Below, in pieces: positions 62,027-64,000 of a stretch of DNA of 64,000 nucleotides. A program made the translations under genes and the position numbers. How positions within the stretch are numbered: the stretch's first letter is position 1; every line of letters starts with the position of its first letter. Location: the NCBI GenBank assembly GCA_043228905.1, contig JBHGNT010000021.1, forward strand, positions 12,524,001 to 12,588,000. Direction: 5' to 3'. The DNA is from Azolla caroliniana (lineage: Eukaryota > Plantae > Polypodiophyta). The notes under the pieces are model-generated. The model made no database searches and had not been told where the DNA came from. It saw only the letters and a program-made list of their open reading frames with translations.

Positions 62027-64000
62027 TGTCGAAAAACCCAGTGCTCGGCCACAACCGAGGAATAGGATCAACTCACAGAAAACGGGAAATACAAAGTGCA
62101 CGAGGACAATAGAGAGAAAGGTACACTGGATATTTTACGTGGAAAACCCTAAATGGGAAAAAACCACGGGAGTCCTCAAACTCCAACTATCACTATGAAC
62201 AGGGATGTACACTGGTGAAGCTACAAGGCAACAACCTTGAGCTCACTGTCTTCGCCACAGGCGGCGGTAATACACAGAGGCAACGACCTCTTCGTCTCTC
62301 TCCCTCGGCTGCTCTCTCTTCGCATAAAAATGAGCAACAACAACAAAAACTGTTTGCACTAAGTCATATTTATACACATATGACTTTCGGGCTATTTACA
62401 AATATAGCCTCAAGGGCTCTTGGCAAACATATTCACAGATATGTCCCCGCATCCGGATCTCTCTCCGGGTACATACGTCATCCGGCTCCGTAACCGGGGT
62501 CTTCAGCATCCGGCTCCGTAACCGGGTACTCTTCATCCGGCTTCATGCCGGGTACTCTTCATCATACGGTTCCGTAACAGCCTCCGGGCTTGCCGTCATT
62601 CATCTCCGGACATCCCATCCGGAGGGACCGAAATCCCAACAAACTCCCCCTTCACTTCGGCATGGGATGTCTCTCCAACCCGATCCTCTTCCGGCATGCT
62701 TCCAGCTTGTCGGGTGTGAGCACCTTGGTTAACATATCCGACCCGTTCTCGTCCGTGTGGATCTTCGTCAGCACGAACTCCTTGTCTTCTATCCTTTCCC
62801 GGATCCAGTGGTATCTACGCTGGATGTGTTTCGTCCGGGAATGGTAGGCCGCGTTCTTCGCAAGGTGGATGGCACTCAGACTATCGCAGTAGAGTCGGTA
62901 CTCCTCCTGCCGGATACCGAGCTCTCTAATGAAGTCCTTCATCCATATTATTTCCTTGCCGGCTTCAACAGCCGCCATGTACTCCGCCTCCGTGGTTGAC
63001 AGCGCAACCGTCTTCTGCAGCCTCGACTGCCACGAAACAGCTCCACCTGCATACGTCATCACATACCCTGATGTGGACCGGCTGGTATCTGCATCAGCCG
63101 ACATATCCGAATCGGTAAAGCCGTCGAATTCGGGCTTACCGGAGCCGAATCGGAGGCACACGTTTGCCGTGCCCTTCAGGTATCGGAGTATCCACTTGAC
63201 CGCGTTCCAGTGCTCTTTGCCGGGATTGCTCATGTACCGGCTCACCACTCCGACTGCGTATCCTATGTCCGGTCTTGTACACACCATTGCGTACATCAAG
63301 CTTCCGATGGCAGAGGCATATGGTACTTTCATCATGTCCTCTTTCTCAGCCTTTGTCTTGGGGCTTTGCTTGCTGGACAACTTGCAGTTTGCCGGGAGGG
63401 TTGACCCGACCGGTCTTGCTTTCGACATGTTGAACCGGTGAAGCACCTTTGTCACGTACTTCTCCTGTGACAGCCACAACTGCTTCTTCTTCCGGTCTCG
63501 GATGATGTGCATCCCTAGTATTTGCCTCGCCGGACCCAGGTCCTTCATTGAGAAGGTTCGGTGAAGTGCTTTCTTCAGCATCCGTATCTTGCCCTGGTCC
63601 CGTCCGATGATCAACATGTCGTCCACGTACAGGAGGAGTATTAGAGAGTCTCCTCCTTCGAACTTCTTCACAAACACGCAGTGATCAGACTGCGTTTTGT
63701 GGTACCCTTCATCGGTCATGAAGGAGTCGAACTTTCGGTACCATTGCCGGGGAGCCTGCTTCAGTCCGTAAAGGCTCTTCTTCAACCGGCATACCAGGTG
63801 CTCCTTCCCTTTCTTCTCGAATCCTTCCGGTTGCTGCATGTAGATCTCTTCTTCGAGGTCACCGTGAAGGAATGCCGTCTTCACGTCCATCTGTTCTACC
63901 TCGAGGTCCATGCTTGCCGCTATGCTCAGCACCGTCCGGATGGAGGTCATCTTCACTACCGGGGCAAATATCTCGTCGAAGTCGACACCCTTCTTCTGCT
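62027..64000 (-). mobile_element. Tnt1/Tork-like Ty1/copia copy E: RT-RNase H, PPT, 3' LTR (62027-62641); continues beyond the window
   Basis: PPT AAGGGGGAG at about 62644-62652; LTR TGTTGGG..CGACA. Confidence 0.93.
62652..64000 (-). CDS. pol: Copia RT-RNase H (open frame, partial)
   Basis: QMDVKTAFLHGDL, LYGLKQAPRQW, LYVDDML, GFTDSD, STTEAEY, HSRTKHI; no stops. Confidence 0.92.
   Translation of the reverse strand, partial: QKKGVDFDEIFAPVVKMTSIRTVLSIAASMDLEVEQMDVKTAFLHGDLEEEIYMQQPEGFEKKGKEHLVCRLKKSLYGLKQAPRQWYRKFDSFMTDEGYHKTQSDHCVFVKKFEGGDSLILLLYVDDMLIIGRDQGKIRMLKKALHRTFSMKDLGPARQILGMHIIRDRKKKQLWLSQEKYVTKVLHRFNMSKARPVGSTLPANCKLSSKQSPKTKAEKEDMMKVPYASAIGSLMYAMVCTRPDIGYAVGVVSRYMSNPGKEHWNAVKWILRYLKGTANVCLRFGSGKPEFDGFTDSDMSADADTSRSTSGYVMTYAGGAVSWQSRLQKTVALSTTEAEYMAAVEAGKEIIWMKDFIRELGIRQEEYRLYCDSLSAIHLAKNAAYHSRTKHIQRRYHWIRERIEDKEFVLTKIHTDENGSDMLTKVLTPDKLEACRKRIGLERHPMPK

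Overview
Eukaryotic, plant-type DNA, about 80% transposon-derived. The mix of lineages (a Tcn1-like chromovirus and tRNA-Trp-primed Phygy-like Gypsy elements) suggests a moss or other non-seed land plant; this is an inference. One host gene is supported: a 4-exon, 278-aa atypical bHLH with an ACT-like domain at 29816-32123 (+). The rest comprises two L1-like LINE fragments, an RTE fragment, six Ty1/copia copies plus a copia solo LTR, several Gypsy elements in a 4-5-level nest (43.4-64 kb), two hAT-type non-autonomous elements and a 6-kb cryptic (CA/TA) tract. Highlights: (1) a young, intact Tcn1-like element (51326-56974) with a readable self-priming site, a G_TTA_AAC -1 frameshift site with a stem/pseudoknot, and a repeated TAGTACTA palindrome; (2) a Trp-primed Gypsy family whose insertions sit at 4-bp CpG-centred sites (ACGT/ACAT/CCGG); (3) a copia family with a second PPT-like motif and a conserved charged extension after RNase H; (4) an LTR inflated by two satellite arrays. 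All coordinates were read by eye and no database searches were run.
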